64,000 nt of DNA from an uncultured Sphaerobacteraceae bacterium (lineage in GTDB: Bacteria; Chloroflexota; Chloroflexia; Thermomicrobiales; UBA6265), in assembly GCA_964526965.1 (NCBI GenBank), contig CAZGML010000006.1, positions 9,814 through 73,813 of the forward strand. Direction: 5' to 3'. Shown here in pieces: positions 47,671-56,446 of this stretch. The notes under the pieces were generated by a model. That model was given only the letters and a program-made list of their open reading frames with translations. It was not told the DNA's origin and ran no database searches. Each line of letters begins with the position of its first letter. Positions within the stretch are counted from its first letter, which is position 1. The position numbers and the translations under genes are program-made.

Positions 47671-48377
47671 TAATTTCCTCCTGAATCCGGCAGTTCCAGC
47701 TCCTCGGTGAGGGTCACTGCGTCTTGCCGACTTGTTGCACATGTGATGCCAGTACCCTGGATACCGCAGTAGCCATTCGGCACCTTGTGCAGGTATTGCT
47801 GGTGATATTCCTCGGCGTAGTAAAAGTCCGCCGCCTCGGTGATTTCCGTTGTCATCTCCGGGTAGCCGGCGTTCTTGAGGAGACGGTTGTAGTTGGCTGC
47901 CATTTCCTCGGCAATCAACTTTTGCTCCTCGTTGTGATAGTAGATAGCACTACGGTATTGCGTACCGATATCGCCGCCCTGGCGCATGCCCTGCGTGGGA
48001 TCGTGGCTCTCGAAGAATGCCTTCACCAACTGGGCGTAGGTAACCTTGTTCGGATCGTAGATGACTTCAACCACCTCGGCGTGCCCGGTATTGCCGGTGC
48101 AAACCTCCTGGTAGGTGGGGTAGGGAGTGAAGCCGCCGGCGTACCCGACGAATGTGCTCCAGACGCCATCCATCTTCCAGAATATCCGCTCAGCGCCCCA
48201 GAAACACCCGAGAGCGAACGTCGCAGCCTCCGTCCCTTCCGGGAAAGGTGGCTGAATACGATTGCCATTAACGGCGTGATACTTGGGGATTTCGAATGCG
48301 TAGGTCTCCCGGCCCGGGAGAGCGGTTTCGGCTGTTGGCATGTTTGGTGATCGACCGAATAGTTTGTCCAAAACCAT
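47670..48377 (-). CDS. msrA: peptide-methionine (S)-S-oxide reductase
   Basis: GCFWGAE active-site motif. ATG at 48377 with GGAG RBS. Confidence 0.9.
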   Translation of the reverse strand: MVLDKLFGRSPNMPTAETALPGRETYAFEIPKYHAVNGNRIQPPFPEGTEAATFALGCFWGAERIFWKMDGVWSTFVGYAGGFTPYPTYQEVCTGNTGHAEVVEVIYDPNKVTYAQLVKAFFESHDPTQGMRQGGDIGTQYRSAIYYHNEEQKLIAEEMAANYNRLLKNAGYPEMTTEITEAADFYYAEEYHQQYLHKVPNGYCGIQGTGITCATSRQDAVTLTEELELPDSGGN

Positions 48378-48493
48378 GATGATTACTCCGTGTTGAACGT
48401 ATAGGGCAGCACGTGCCCACATACTATCTTACCGAAAGTACGCAAGTGAGGCGATGTTGGCAGCGAGCCAGGGTTGGTTTGTTGTAAAGGTGG

Positions 48494-49765
48494 TTATCCC
48501 GTACGCGAGTGCATCAGGTACCGTGCCAGCAAACCTACCACGTACACAACTAACCCCATCAGAACGGATTGCCACGGAAGCATCACCACCAGCGTCACGC
48601 AGCCAATCAGGCCCAGCGCAAAGAGCCATCGCGGCCACCGACGGTAGTTGCCCGTCTGTGTCCATGCCGCCATGTTGGCGATGGAGTAGTAGACCAGCAC
48701 GCCAAACGACGAGAATCCAATAGCTCCGCGAATGTCGGCTATCAACAGGATGGTAATCACGATTGCCGCCAGCACCACTTCCGCCACGTGCGGCACTTTG
48801 TATTTGGGGTTGATTGAAGCGAGTTGCTTTGGCAAGTCGCCATGACGCGCCATTGCCAGCGACGTGCGCCCAATCCCCGCCATTAATCCGAGCAGCGCAC
48901 CCAGGCTGGCAACCATGGCACCGATGCGAAGTACCGGTTCGATCCACGCCTGGTCGGCCGCGTTGACGGCCGTAACGAGTGGAGTGGTAGAGTTGCCGAT
49001 CGCATCCGGCCCCGCAGCGCCCAGAATTACGATGCCAACAACCGCATACACGGCCATGGTAAGAAAGAGAGCCAGGGGAATGGCCCGCGGAATGGTGCTT
49101 TCAGGATCCTTCACTTCCTCGCCCATCGTCGCGATGCGAGCATATCCGGCGAAGGCAAAAAAGAGGAATCCTGCAGCCTGCAACACGCCAGTTGGAGAGA
49201 CGTTCTCCCAGTTCGCACTATCAGTGATGTGGACGAAATTCACACCTCCCGCGCCGATCAGGCCGATGACGAGGATGCCAAGCGACGTCAACGTCATAAC
49301 GATGAGAATGCGCGTCATCTGCACCGTACGCGTGATGCCGCGATAGTTGAGCGCTGCCAGGGCTGCGATCGCCACGATGGCAATCCATTTCTGCAGGTTT
49401 GGGTTGTCCGGTGCCGCATAGGCCGCAAATGCAAGGGACATCGCCGTGCAGGAGGCCGTCTTCCCGATCAGGAATCCCCAGCCAGCGATAAATCCGACCC
49501 AGTTGTTGATCCGCTCGCGACCGTATATATAGGTTCCACCGGAAACTGGATACTGCGCAGCCAGTTGCGCCGACGCCACTGCATTGCAGTATGCGATGAT
49601 CGCCGCAATCACCAGCGCCACCAGCATGCCATTGCCAGCCGCACTGGCAGCCGGGCCAAACGCCACAAATACGCCAGCACCGATCATGGAACCGAGCCCA
49701 ATGACGACTGCATCCGATAAGGAAAGTTGTCGGCTCAGCTTTGTGGATGTCTGGTTAGCTACCAT
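48494..49765 (-). CDS. APC-superfamily amino acid permease
   Basis: 423 aa, 12 TM. N-terminal ..LSDAVVIGLGSMIGAGVF.. signature. Confidence 0.8.
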   Translation of the reverse strand: MVANQTSTKLSRQLSLSDAVVIGLGSMIGAGVFVAFGPAASAAGNGMLVALVIAAIIAYCNAVASAQLAAQYPVSGGTYIYGRERINNWVGFIAGWGFLIGKTASCTAMSLAFAAYAAPDNPNLQKWIAIVAIAALAALNYRGITRTVQMTRILIVMTLTSLGILVIGLIGAGGVNFVHITDSANWENVSPTGVLQAAGFLFFAFAGYARIATMGEEVKDPESTIPRAIPLALFLTMAVYAVVGIVILGAAGPDAIGNSTTPLVTAVNAADQAWIEPVLRIGAMVASLGALLGLMAGIGRTSLAMARHGDLPKQLASINPKYKVPHVAEVVLAAIVITILLIADIRGAIGFSSFGVLVYYSIANMAAWTQTGNYRRWPRWLFALGLIGCVTLVVMLPWQSVLMGLVVYVVGLLARYLMHSRTG

Positions 49766-49945
49766 ATGATCGGGACCTTCATGTCTCTACGAACGTTCCC
49801 CGGCAGTATATGTTTATAAATGCCCGGAATTGCTAAAAATGTGTTGCACCAACTCGCGATGGTGCCGATGATGGCTGAGCAAGAATCAAGAAGGCCTGCC
49901 TCCCTTAATATTGGTACAGTATTGGTAGAGAAGTGAGGTGCATTA

Positions 49946-51082
49946 ATGACAACAACCTATAACGACCGCCTCAAACACCTGCGCGAAACGTTGCCGCACA
50001 CCTCGGTGGAGGAAGCCGTACAGCTCCTCGCCGAGGGGGCGACGTTGCTGGATGTGCGTGAGGCCGATGAAACCGCCCAGGGCATCGCACAGGATGCGAT
50101 CGCGATCACAAGGGGCCGGCTCGAATTGGATGTGCCAACGGATATTCCGGATCCGGATACTCCGATTGTGGTCTATTGTGCCTCCGGTGTGCGATCGCTC
50201 TTCGCAACGGATGCACTCCGCAACATCGGTTACACGAATGTGGTCAGCATGGATGGCGGCTTCGATGCCTGGAAGCAGGCCGGCCTGCCCATTGAGCAGC
50301 CAAAGCAACTCAACGCCCAGCAGAGTCAGCGCTACAGCCGACATCTCCGCATCCCGGAAATCGGCGTTGAAGGCCAGCAAAAGCTCCTCGATAGCAAGGT
50401 CTTGCTTATCGGTGCCGGTGGCCTCGGGAGCCCGGCCGGGCTCTATTTGGCGGCCGCCGGTGTCGGCACTATCGGCGTGATCGATGATGACGTCGTCGAT
50501 GCCAGTAACCTGCAGCGCCAGGTATTGCATCGCACGCACGATATCGGTACTCCAAAGGTAGACAGCGCCCGCCGCACGATGGAAGCGCTCAACCCCGATG
50601 TGCAGGTAAAGATGCACAGTGTTCGGCTCACGCATGACCATGCCGACGAGATCTTCGCCAACTACGACCTGATCGTGGATGGCTCAGATAGTTTCGAGAC
50701 GCGCTTCATCGTCAACGATGCATGCGTGCGCCTGGGCATTCCACAAGTGCACGGCAGCATCTTCCGGTTCGACGGGCAGATCACCACGTTCGATCCGCGC
50801 GAGGCGGAGAGTCCGTGCTATCGATGCCTCTTCCCCACCAGTCCACCACCGGAACTCGCACCGAATTGCGCCGTTGCCGGTGTACTTGGGGTGCTGCCAG
50901 GAGTGGTCGGCACCATTCAGGCAACTGAGGCGATTAAAATGCTACTCGGCATCGGCGATTCACTTGTTGGTCGCCTGTTGATGTACGACGCGCTCCGCAT
51001 GGATTTCCGTAGCCTCAAGGTCCGCCGCGATCGCACGTGCCCAACGTGTGGAACGGCAACAACCGCGCAGGTTGCTGATTAG
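49946..51082 (+). CDS. moeB: ThiF/MoeB-type adenylyltransferase with N-terminal rhodanese domain
   Basis: Rhodanese loop VVYCASGVRS. E1-like RYSRHLRIPEIG..LIGAGGLGSP..DDDVVDASNLQRQ, CYRCLFP and C-terminal CPTCG zinc Cys pairs. Confidence 0.8.
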   Translation: MTTTYNDRLKHLRETLPHTSVEEAVQLLAEGATLLDVREADETAQGIAQDAIAITRGRLELDVPTDIPDPDTPIVVYCASGVRSLFATDALRNIGYTNVVSMDGGFDAWKQAGLPIEQPKQLNAQQSQRYSRHLRIPEIGVEGQQKLLDSKVLLIGAGGLGSPAGLYLAAAGVGTIGVIDDDVVDASNLQRQVLHRTHDIGTPKVDSARRTMEALNPDVQVKMHSVRLTHDHADEIFANYDLIVDGSDSFETRFIVNDACVRLGIPQVHGSIFRFDGQITTFDPREAESPCYRCLFPTSPPPELAPNCAVAGVLGVLPGVVGTIQATEAIKMLLGIGDSLVGRLLMYDALRMDFRSLKVRRDRTCPTCGTATTAQVAD

Positions 51083-51140
51083 GCCGATCCCCGGCATCAA
51101 TCATTCCCTCTTTACCCACTCACTCTTGTGACAAATATAT

Positions 51141-51340
51141 GCCCGGGGTTGATCCCCGGGCACAATCCCGCAGGGATCGCCCGACCCGTCTTCGCCATGT
51201 CCGTTTCAAGCCACCTGTAGGCCCGGGGTTGATCCCCGGGCGTGATCCCGCAGGGATTACCCGACCCGTGTTCGCCGTGTCGGTTTCAAGCCACCTGTAG
51301 GCCCGGGGTTGATCCCCAGGTACGATTCCGCAGGGATCGT
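51141..51340. repeat. 2.5 tandem copies of an 80-nt structured palindromic repeat
   Basis: Copies start at 51141, 51221 and 51301. Copies 1 and 2 differ at 8 of 80 positions. Each begins with hairpin GCCCGGGG-TTGAT-CCCCGGGC, followed by a second hairpin with a GCA loop. Confidence 0.85.
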
Positions 51341-51802
51341 CTATCCCTTCTTCGCCTTCTCGATCTCTTCGCGAATAAGCAGATAATCCGGTTCCTCTAT
51401 TTTGTGGACGTTACCCTGGAACGCCAGGTGCCAGTGCTTCTCTGGCCAGCGCTTGGTGTGCTCCATTCTGAGCGCAATCGGCTCGACGTCGATCATCTCG
51501 TCGTCGTCCAGCCAGATATCCTTCTCGATTGGGAAACGATAGGGATAATCATCCTGCTTCTTGCCAGCGCCACTCTTCCAGATAGGGCTGTGATCCTCAA
51601 ATCCTTCATCAACAACGGTGGTGATGCCAGCGAACTTCTTGATCCCGGTGGTGTAGTAAATGAACTTGTCACCCGGGTTCACGTATTCCAGCTTCTTGCG
51701 CTGGCGCTGCTTCAGCCCTTGCAGGTCAAACCCGCGATCACGCGTGATGTGATGGTTCTCCAACGAGCTTACGATAATCCAGTATTGTGGTTCGGTACTC
51801 AT
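51341..51802 (-). CDS. EVE (PUA-like) domain protein
   Basis: ATG at 51802 after GGAGGG. YWIIVSS.., ..VNPGDKFIYY.., ..YPYRFPIE.. and ..EEPDYLLIREEI parallel archaeal PH1033-type EVE proteins as I remember them. Confidence 0.7.
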   Translation of the reverse strand: MSTEPQYWIIVSSLENHHITRDRGFDLQGLKQRQRKKLEYVNPGDKFIYYTTGIKKFAGITTVVDEGFEDHSPIWKSGAGKKQDDYPYRFPIEKDIWLDDDEMIDVEPIALRMEHTKRWPEKHWHLAFQGNVHKIEEPDYLLIREEIEKAKKG

Positions 51803-51854
51803 AGACCCTCCGTCAAAAACGATCCATTCCTTCATTCTACTTGTACACGCGATT

Positions 51855-51892
51855 GGAAAAAGTGAACGGACCCGGTTGTAGGAACCGGGCCC
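51855..51892 (-). terminator. rho-independent terminator (minus strand)
   Basis: Minus-strand reading is GGGCCCGGTT-CCTAC-AACCGGGTCC (1 mismatch) followed by GTTCACTTTTTCC, downstream of 52006..52272. Confidence 0.55.
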
Positions 51893-52005
51893 GATCGGGG
51901 TGGGGAGGAGAGAAATCAAGATGCTGTAGGTTCTGCATCTCAATGATCCAAATCTAAGGTAGTTGTCTGAATGTACGCTGATATGAACCTGAGTATTTGC
52001 TGAAA

Positions 52006-52272
52006 TCAATCTTTAATATCGAATGCGTTGACAACCTCGCGCTGAAGCGATGGATGTCGCTCCATCAGTTCGTCCATACTCACGCGTAAGAACGCCGCCA
52101 GCTGGATCAACTCCAGCGGACTCAGCGTTAGCGTCAGGAAATCGATGCTCAGTTGCACCTGGTCACCTTCACCCAGCGTATCCTTGGGTTTATCCGGCAC
52201 GTTCAGCGTCGTGCTCAGCCCACTTTCGGGCCAGATCATATCCAGCAGTTCAACCGACTTCTTCCCGCTCAT
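52006..52272 (-). CDS. hypothetical 88-aa protein
   Basis: ORF followed by its own terminator. Divergent from 52347..52952. No motif recognised. Confidence 0.45.
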   Translation of the reverse strand: MSGKKSVELLDMIWPESGLSTTLNVPDKPKDTLGEGDQVQLSIDFLTLTLSPLELIQLAAFLRVSMDELMERHPSLQREVVNAFDIKD

Positions 52273-52346
52273 ACAGCCTCCCTTTCGTATGGGAACATTG
52301 TGCCACCTCCGTAGCTTCTATAATGAAGGAAGAGAATGGAGACGAT

Positions 52347-52952
52347 ATGACTGAGCCTCGTTACCAGACGCCGCCAACCGATCCACAAGCCAGGCTGAAG
52401 GAACTGCAGGAATCCTCAACGATCTCGCCCGAGATCGCCGAGCTCCGCCTGGCGATTCTCCGCCGGGAGATCCCCGAAGCGCTCGTGCAGATCGATGCCG
52501 TTCGGGCCGACGACACCGCGATCGCCGTAAAGGCGACCATCGGGTTGCCGGGAGGCGCCCGCCACTCGGCAATTGCTGCGGAGGATGTTGATGCCGACCG
52601 TAATTGGGCGGATCAGCTGGAAATGGTGCAGGCGATTGCGATTGCCAGGGCCCTGGATGGCCTGGGATCCCGTTCCGCACGAGCCGCTGAAGTGCAGCCG
52701 CGGCGCCAGGCGCAGTCGGCTCCGTCATCCGCACAGTCGCCACCGCAATCATCACCTTCAGCGTCACCAGCACAAGCGCAGCCGTCGGCGGAGGGTGACC
52801 ACTTGCCGGAATATTCCTGGAACGCCTTCTGGCAAACAATGAACAGCCGCAACATCACCCGCGAGCAAGTGGAGCAAACGGTCGGCAAATCCGTACAAGA
52901 GACCACGCCCAAAGAAGCCGTCGATGCACTGAAGGCGGCGGGGCTGTTATAG
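52347..52952 (+). CDS. hypothetical protein with Ser/Pro/Gln/Ala-rich linker
   Basis: ATG at 52347 after GGAGA, with a TATAAT box at 52318..52323. N-terminal about 110-aa domain, low-complexity linker, and about 50-aa C-terminal domain. Confidence 0.5.
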   Translation: MTEPRYQTPPTDPQARLKELQESSTISPEIAELRLAILRREIPEALVQIDAVRADDTAIAVKATIGLPGGARHSAIAAEDVDADRNWADQLEMVQAIAIARALDGLGSRSARAAEVQPRRQAQSAPSSAQSPPQSSPSASPAQAQPSAEGDHLPEYSWNAFWQTMNSRNITREQVEQTVGKSVQETTPKEAVDALKAAGLL

Positions 52953-53513
52953 AGGCTGTTCCCGGTTCGAAATCCGGAGCCTGCTTTGATTTCCCATCGG
53001 CCCCGAACAACCTCGCGAGCCATGAGCCAGGCGTCTACAGAGACACTCATCCCACAACCAGAATTCACCGGATGCGACAACAAAATTCGCAGACTTTAAG
53101 TGACAAAGTGTCCGTACGGAATTATCAATACATCGATGAGTCAGATGAACGAACAGTCCATACAATCACACCTGAATGGATTGTACGTACTGAATAAATA
53201 AAAGCCTAACGCCTCAAAGCGCCGACTATCCTGTGCAGATTTCCCGTACGGACACTCAAAATTGTGCCGTATTAGTGGTGAACGTACTCTTGTTACATTC
53301 CATCCACAGCGGCACACTTGCTTTGCACGGGTGAGTCCTGTCTACCCCGCAATCCGCGACAGGCCCCCGGCCACCGGTCCCCGCCCGGTGAACGATCGAT
53401 GCCAGATCATGACCCGCGATGAGGCATCGGCCAGGAAAGATGCGCCCGCACGCATCTCCTCCCTGGCACCTACATATCGCGGTTTCGTCTGGTTCGGAGG
53501 GGAGTACGCTCAA

Positions 53514-54836
53514 ATGGCGACTGTCAACAACAACGGCCGGTCGGGATCATCGTCCCGCCCCGCTGCACAACTGCTCATCGGTACACCCGCTCGGGTGCTG
53601 TTCTCACTTACGCTCATCGCCGGCTTGCTGGCCGTCGTGCTCAATGTCGCCCTCGCGCAGGATCAGCCAGCTGACCTGACCGAGGCAGAGGCAACGCCCT
53701 CGGCGACACCAACGGCAGACATGCCACGCCTTGAGCTGGAGTTGGAAGAGGTAAACGAAAGCGATATCGGCGGAACGGTATCGCTCTATGACAATGGCGA
53801 TTCCACCATCGTCGAATTTGCCGCAACCGGCGCCGGAGGCGATCACCCAGCCGTTATCGTGCCTGGCGTGTGTGGCGAGGTTTCAGATGATCCGGTATCG
53901 GATCTTGAGCCTGTGGATAATACCGGCGAGAGCATCACAGTAGTGGATATCAGCCTGGATGACCTGCTCGATGAGGATCATTCCATCGAAATCCGCATGA
54001 GCGATGACGATTTCGATACGGTCATTGCCTGCGCGGTCATTGAAGGCGAACCGCTGGTGGATCCGGTTGCCACGCCCGATGCGTCACCAGAAGCGACTGA
54101 AGAGGCAGATGCAACAGTCGAATCGACGCCGGATGATGCCACCACCGAGGACGATGAAGAAGACGACCTCGACGGTGTCGGTGGTTCAACAACCGATGTC
54201 GATGGCACAGGTGGAGCTACGGAAGCGGAGTCGCTCACTATCAACCTGGTTGACTGGAGCGATACAGGCGTCACAGGTACCGCCACGCTCACCGAAGACG
54301 GCAGCGTGACCCGGGTCGATATCACGATCGATGGCCCCGGCGTGGTGGGCGACCATGAAGTGCACATCCATAACGGAACCTGCACCACACCCGGAACAGC
54401 CACCTACACGCTCAACCCGATCAACGCCAACGGCAGCAGCTCGTCCAGCATCAACCTTTCGCTGGATCAACTGACCGGTGGCAACTACTTCATCAACATC
54501 CACCCGGATGAAGAGAATTGGGACGAGTGGATGGTCTGCGGAAATATCACCGGCACCCCGACCTCCGTCGGCGATGACCAGTCAACCCCGGTGCCAGACC
54601 AAACGGGAGACGGTTCGGTTGGTGGAAATACCACCATGGTGACCACGAATGCCCAGGCGGGCGAGTTCCCGACGGCCGTCGGTGTGGGTGATGCCCTCCG
54701 TTGGCCGAGCGATGACCGCACAGCAGCCGTGTGGGCGATCTCGACCGTGGCTGTCACGATGCTGGCTGCCGGCGTGATCCTCCGGTTCGGACAACGACCG
54801 GGCAAGCGCGCTCGCTTCACCCGGCTCGGCCTGTAG
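53514..54836 (+). CDS. secreted, C-terminally anchored protein with two CHRD-like beta-sandwich repeats and an acidic linker
   Basis: ATG at 53514 after GGAGGGGAG. N-terminal TM/signal segment. Repeats ..IGGTVSLYDNGDSTIVEF..GDHPAVIVPGVCG.. and ..VTGTATLTEDGSVTRVDI..GDHEVHIHNGTCT..NYFINIHPDEEN. C-terminal TM helix plus basic tail. Confidence 0.5.
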   Translation: MATVNNNGRSGSSSRPAAQLLIGTPARVLFSLTLIAGLLAVVLNVALAQDQPADLTEAEATPSATPTADMPRLELELEEVNESDIGGTVSLYDNGDSTIVEFAATGAGGDHPAVIVPGVCGEVSDDPVSDLEPVDNTGESITVVDISLDDLLDEDHSIEIRMSDDDFDTVIACAVIEGEPLVDPVATPDASPEATEEADATVESTPDDATTEDDEEDDLDGVGGSTTDVDGTGGATEAESLTINLVDWSDTGVTGTATLTEDGSVTRVDITIDGPGVVGDHEVHIHNGTCTTPGTATYTLNPINANGSSSSSINLSLDQLTGGNYFINIHPDEENWDEWMVCGNITGTPTSVGDDQSTPVPDQTGDGSVGGNTTMVTTNAQAGEFPTAVGVGDALRWPSDDRTAAVWAISTVAVTMLAAGVILRFGQRPGKRARFTRLGL

Positions 54837-54930
54837 CATCGCATTGGCGAAGGCGGACGAGGCGCAACCTCGCAGCGGAGCGATCCCTGACATGCGGTGA
54901 CCGCTCCAACTCACCCTCGCGAACCTCAGC

Positions 54931-54967
54931 GTGCCCTGCCTTTCAGGCGGGGCACGTTCGCGTTTCC
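54931..54967 (+). terminator. probable terminator hairpin
   Basis: GTGCCCTGCC-TTTCA-GGCGGGGCAC, then GTTCGCGTTTCC. Confidence 0.45.
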
Positions 54968-55030
54968 TTCCACATACTGTTTAATAGAAGAAACGTGAAT
55001 TTCAGGCGACTGCCTGTATGAGGAGGATAT

Positions 55031-55717
55031 ATGCGGATTCTCTTGATTCGGCACGGACAATCCAAAGCGAATGTGAACGGCCGGATTCAGGGACCCGACG
55101 ATCCGTTGACGGATTTCGGCCGACACCAGGCAAAGCTGGTGGGAGAACATCTGGCCAGGGAGTACCACTTCGATCTCCTCGTCTCCAGTGCGCTACACCG
55201 TGCCCGCGAAACCGCATCCATCATTGCCGAATACACTGGTCACGATATTGACCACGACCCTCGCTTCGCCGAGATCATGAACGGCCATTCGGTTGGCATG
55301 CTCTGGACCGATTGGCGCGAAGCGAATCCCGAACTGGCTGCCGTGTGGGGGTGGGACGTTCGTCACGCCGATGCCGCCTGGCCAGGTGGCGAGAGCGGCC
55401 GGGACGTCTGTAACCGCGCCTTCGCTGCATGGGATGAGCTTGTAGAGAAGTACGCTGGTTCCGACAAGACCATCGCGATCGTCTCCCACGGGGGAGTTAT
55501 CGCCTGGTTCGCCGCCCGTATAAACGGGGACGATCTCGAATACTGGCCGGCGGAGTATGGCGATATCGCTAACTGCTCTATCACCGAGGTTGATATCTCC
55601 CCCGATGGCACAGCAACCATGCACGCCTGGAACCTGGTTGAACACCTCGGCGCAGCGTATGCGCCGCACGTTTCACCCGTTATTCCGGAAAAACCCGGGG
55701 AGCCGACCCCACCATGA
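55031..55717 (+). CDS. histidine phosphatase (phosphoglycerate-mutase-like) family protein
   Basis: LIRHGQS catalytic RHG motif and downstream SSALHRARETA. Confidence 0.8.
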   Translation: MRILLIRHGQSKANVNGRIQGPDDPLTDFGRHQAKLVGEHLAREYHFDLLVSSALHRARETASIIAEYTGHDIDHDPRFAEIMNGHSVGMLWTDWREANPELAAVWGWDVRHADAAWPGGESGRDVCNRAFAAWDELVEKYAGSDKTIAIVSHGGVIAWFAARINGDDLEYWPAEYGDIANCSITEVDISPDGTATMHAWNLVEHLGAAYAPHVSPVIPEKPGEPTPP

Positions 55718-56445
55718 TTCTGAAGGTGCTTGCCGTTACCGATGAAGTGGATCCACGCATCTACAGTAGCTCGTTGCGAGAGCGTATGGGCGATGTGGAT
55801 TTGGTTGTCAGTTGCGGAGACTTGCCGGCGAGCTACCTGGAATACCTCACCGATGCCCTCCACCGGGACGTCTATTACGTGTTGGGGAACCATGCCGAAG
55901 AACTCGTGCGCGAAGGACAGCGCGGCGAGGTGCGTCACCCGCTTGGCGGTATCGATGTAGGATTCAAAGTCGTTACGGATAAACGTACTGGCGTAATATT
56001 TGCCGGACTGCCGGGATCACCGCGTTATTCGGACGTCGCACCGGTGCAGTTCACCGAGCGTCAGATGACCCGGCGCATCCTGCGTATGATGCCCAGGCTC
56101 ATCTGGAACAAGATCCGTCACGGTCGTGCGATGGATATTTTGGTCACCCACGCGCCCCCGCGCGATGTCGGGGATCGGGAAGACCCTGCCCACCGCGGAT
56201 TCAAGGTAATGCGCAAACTCATCAAGTGGGCCAAACCGCGGTACCACCTGCATGGTCACATTCACTTGTATGATCGCAGTGAACCCAACACGCACAGGCT
56301 TCACGATACAGATGTGATTAACGTCTATCCTTTCCAACGCCTTGAGTTGGAACTGGTCCACCTGCCAGAGGCAGAGCCGTTTGCCGATTCCCACTCGGAA
56401 TCGCTGCGAGCAGCCATGGGCTCCGACGTAGTGGAAGGGTCGTGA
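55714..56445 (+). CDS. metallophosphoesterase (calcineurin-like)
   Basis: Metallophosphoesterase-like motifs (AVTDEV, SCGDL, GNHAEE, THAPP, LHGHIHL). ATGA overlap with the upstream gene. Confidence 0.7.
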   Translation: MILKVLAVTDEVDPRIYSSSLRERMGDVDLVVSCGDLPASYLEYLTDALHRDVYYVLGNHAEELVREGQRGEVRHPLGGIDVGFKVVTDKRTGVIFAGLPGSPRYSDVAPVQFTERQMTRRILRMMPRLIWNKIRHGRAMDILVTHAPPRDVGDREDPAHRGFKVMRKLIKWAKPRYHLHGHIHLYDRSEPNTHRLHDTDVINVYPFQRLELELVHLPEAEPFADSHSESLRAAMGSDVVEGS

Positions 56446-56446
56446 C

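Noticed and set aside
49820-49832. GAACGTTC palindrome (CGAACGTTCC) as a LexA box
   Set aside because: It lacks the 4-nt spacer of the GAAC-N4-GTTC motif and has no promoter context.
51141-51340. CRISPR array
   Set aside because: The whole 80-nt unit is repeated, including the would-be spacer part, at about 90% identity. There are only 2.5 units, and no cas genes or leader are present.
52954-52984. tRNA gene or tRNA 3' fragment as an att site (GGCTGTTCCCGGTTCGAAATCCGGAGCCTGC contains a TTCGAA T-loop-like motif)
   Set aside because: The T-stem does not pair properly (at best 4 bp with an 8-nt loop). No 5' half exists, because the upstream sequence is coding. I found no second copy in the window and no integrase.
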